DNA from: Psilocybe cubensis
Taxonomy: Eukaryota
Direction: 5' to 3'
NCBI GenBank assembly: GCA_017499595.2
Contig: CM039002.1
Span: 124,001 to 188,000 of the forward strand
Length of the DNA: 64,000 nucleotides
The notes under the pieces are model-generated. The model was not told the origin of the DNA and searched no databases. It was given only the letters and a program-made list of their open reading frames with translations. Positions 62,760 to 64,000 of the stretch are shown here, in pieces (positions within the stretch are counted from its first letter, which is position 1; each line of letters begins with the position of its first letter). The position numbers were made by a program, and so were the translations under genes.

Positions 62760-64000
62760 ACCGCTATGTCCCATGCCCCACGAATCACAGGTATCTAAGG
62801 TGATGAGAGAAAAGAAGGTGCGCGAATCAGTCCATTGTTTGTAGACCTGTGATAGGAGCGCTTACTTTTCTGTTCATTTTTCTTTGTCAGTGCATCCCTT
62901 GATACACCACCTTTCCAGTGACTCGGTCAATGCGCACTTTACGTACGAAGGGCTTTTCCCCTCGTTTGGCGCTCCTCTTTCTATCCCGGGGTGCCCTTTG
63001 GCTGCCACACTGACATCATGCAAAAACATGTCAAATCGAGACTCGGTGCGTGAATTTTAAACACACTCACCTTCCATTTCTTCGTTGTTGTTGAGGCTTG
63101 GATCTGCAACTTTTGGCATCAGTCCCACAAATCTCGAGAGATGGAAAATCAGATATACCTTCGAGGATTATGTGATTCAGTGACCTCTTTGGATGTCTGC
63201 TCTACGGGAATAACCCCGGAGCCTTTGACTCCTTGGAATTGCCCGTTCTCGGACACCATATTTTGATTGGACATCTCTCCAGATCGAGGGATGCGCCAGG
63301 TTGAATTGGGCTGTAAATGTGGAGCACTCTCTCTGCGGTGTGCTGAAATGTCGTGTTGGTTCACAACGAGCCTATGCGGGGTGTACATGTGATGAGACAT
63401 GTCCCTTAGCTGTCTTGATGGACCAACAGATAGGTCTTGCGGGGAAGGAGTAATCGATGCAGGAATTGCACCAATTCCAGTCTGATGATCCATTAGAAAA
63501 GTATCAATTGGCGTCTGAGCCCATGCATTCCTGGACGTGGAGCCAGAATGTGATCCTGATGGTTCTCCGTATGCATAGTGCGCGTAATCTGAGTACACTG
63601 GATTGGGAACCTCAGTAAATGAGCTGCTCATAGGCATAGCAGCCGGCCTGGAATAGAACGCTGCGCTTGAATTGTGCTCCACGGGATCGACCAGAGAGTC
63701 ATTTAGAGATGAAAAATTAGAGTCCCATATTTGCGCTAAATCCTGGGACGTGTACAGACCCGCAGATGGTACAGCGTGTGCCGCAGAATGGTGAACAACA
63801 TCCATGGTGGCATTCTCGAGACCCAGTAGTCCTTCCTGCAAATCATCGTTACCGCCATGGGTTTGGGGAATTGAATTAACCTCCCGAGTGTCTTGCTCTG
63901 CAGAATTTTGTGAGCACAGGCTGTGAGGAAAGGCACAGCAATCCGCACCAGGCATGTAATATTCTTGGAAATTGGAGGGGAGTAAGAAATCATCGATGCC
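62760..64000 (-). CDS. Orphan gene family, copy 4 (5' end outside the window; possibly disrupted at the 3' end)
   Basis: Motifs QIWDSNFSSLNDSLVDP, VGPSRQ, GSGVIPVEQTS, RKVRIDRVTGKVVYQGM. Same intron sequences (GTATAT..GGACTGA..TTGCAG) and a homologous downstream flank. Confidence 0.6.

Overview
This window is eukaryotic, intron-rich fungal DNA. The gene families and short GT-AG introns point to an agaricomycete basidiomycete, so the ORF track splits almost every gene. The left ~28 kb is repeat-rich. It holds the 3' part of an Ngaro/DIRS-type tyrosine-recombinase retrotransposon, a complete 6.7-kb CMC/EnSpm-like (Transposase_21) DNA transposon with a second gene, a 1.56-kb non-autonomous element with a 9-bp TSD, and a CACTG MITE. 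It also holds three copies plus fragments of an orphan gene family (a fourth copy lies at the right edge) and a BEM46-like hydrolase pair, one of which has lost its catalytic Ser. The right ~36 kb is gene-dense and enriched in secreted proteins. It contains a small Cys-rich peptide, a Gfo/Idh/MocA oxidoreductase, three beta/gamma-crystallin-like secreted proteins, an MP88-like mannoprotein, a GH131 enzyme, tRNA-Ala(AGC), two S1/P1 nucleases, a Ppo-type fatty-acid dioxygenase with a degenerate P450 domain, a conserved secreted protein, an ICMT-family methyltransferase, a membrane protein, a PD-(D/E)xK-like protein and a BTB protein. Exon structures were read by eye, and family names come from motif recognition, not database searches.
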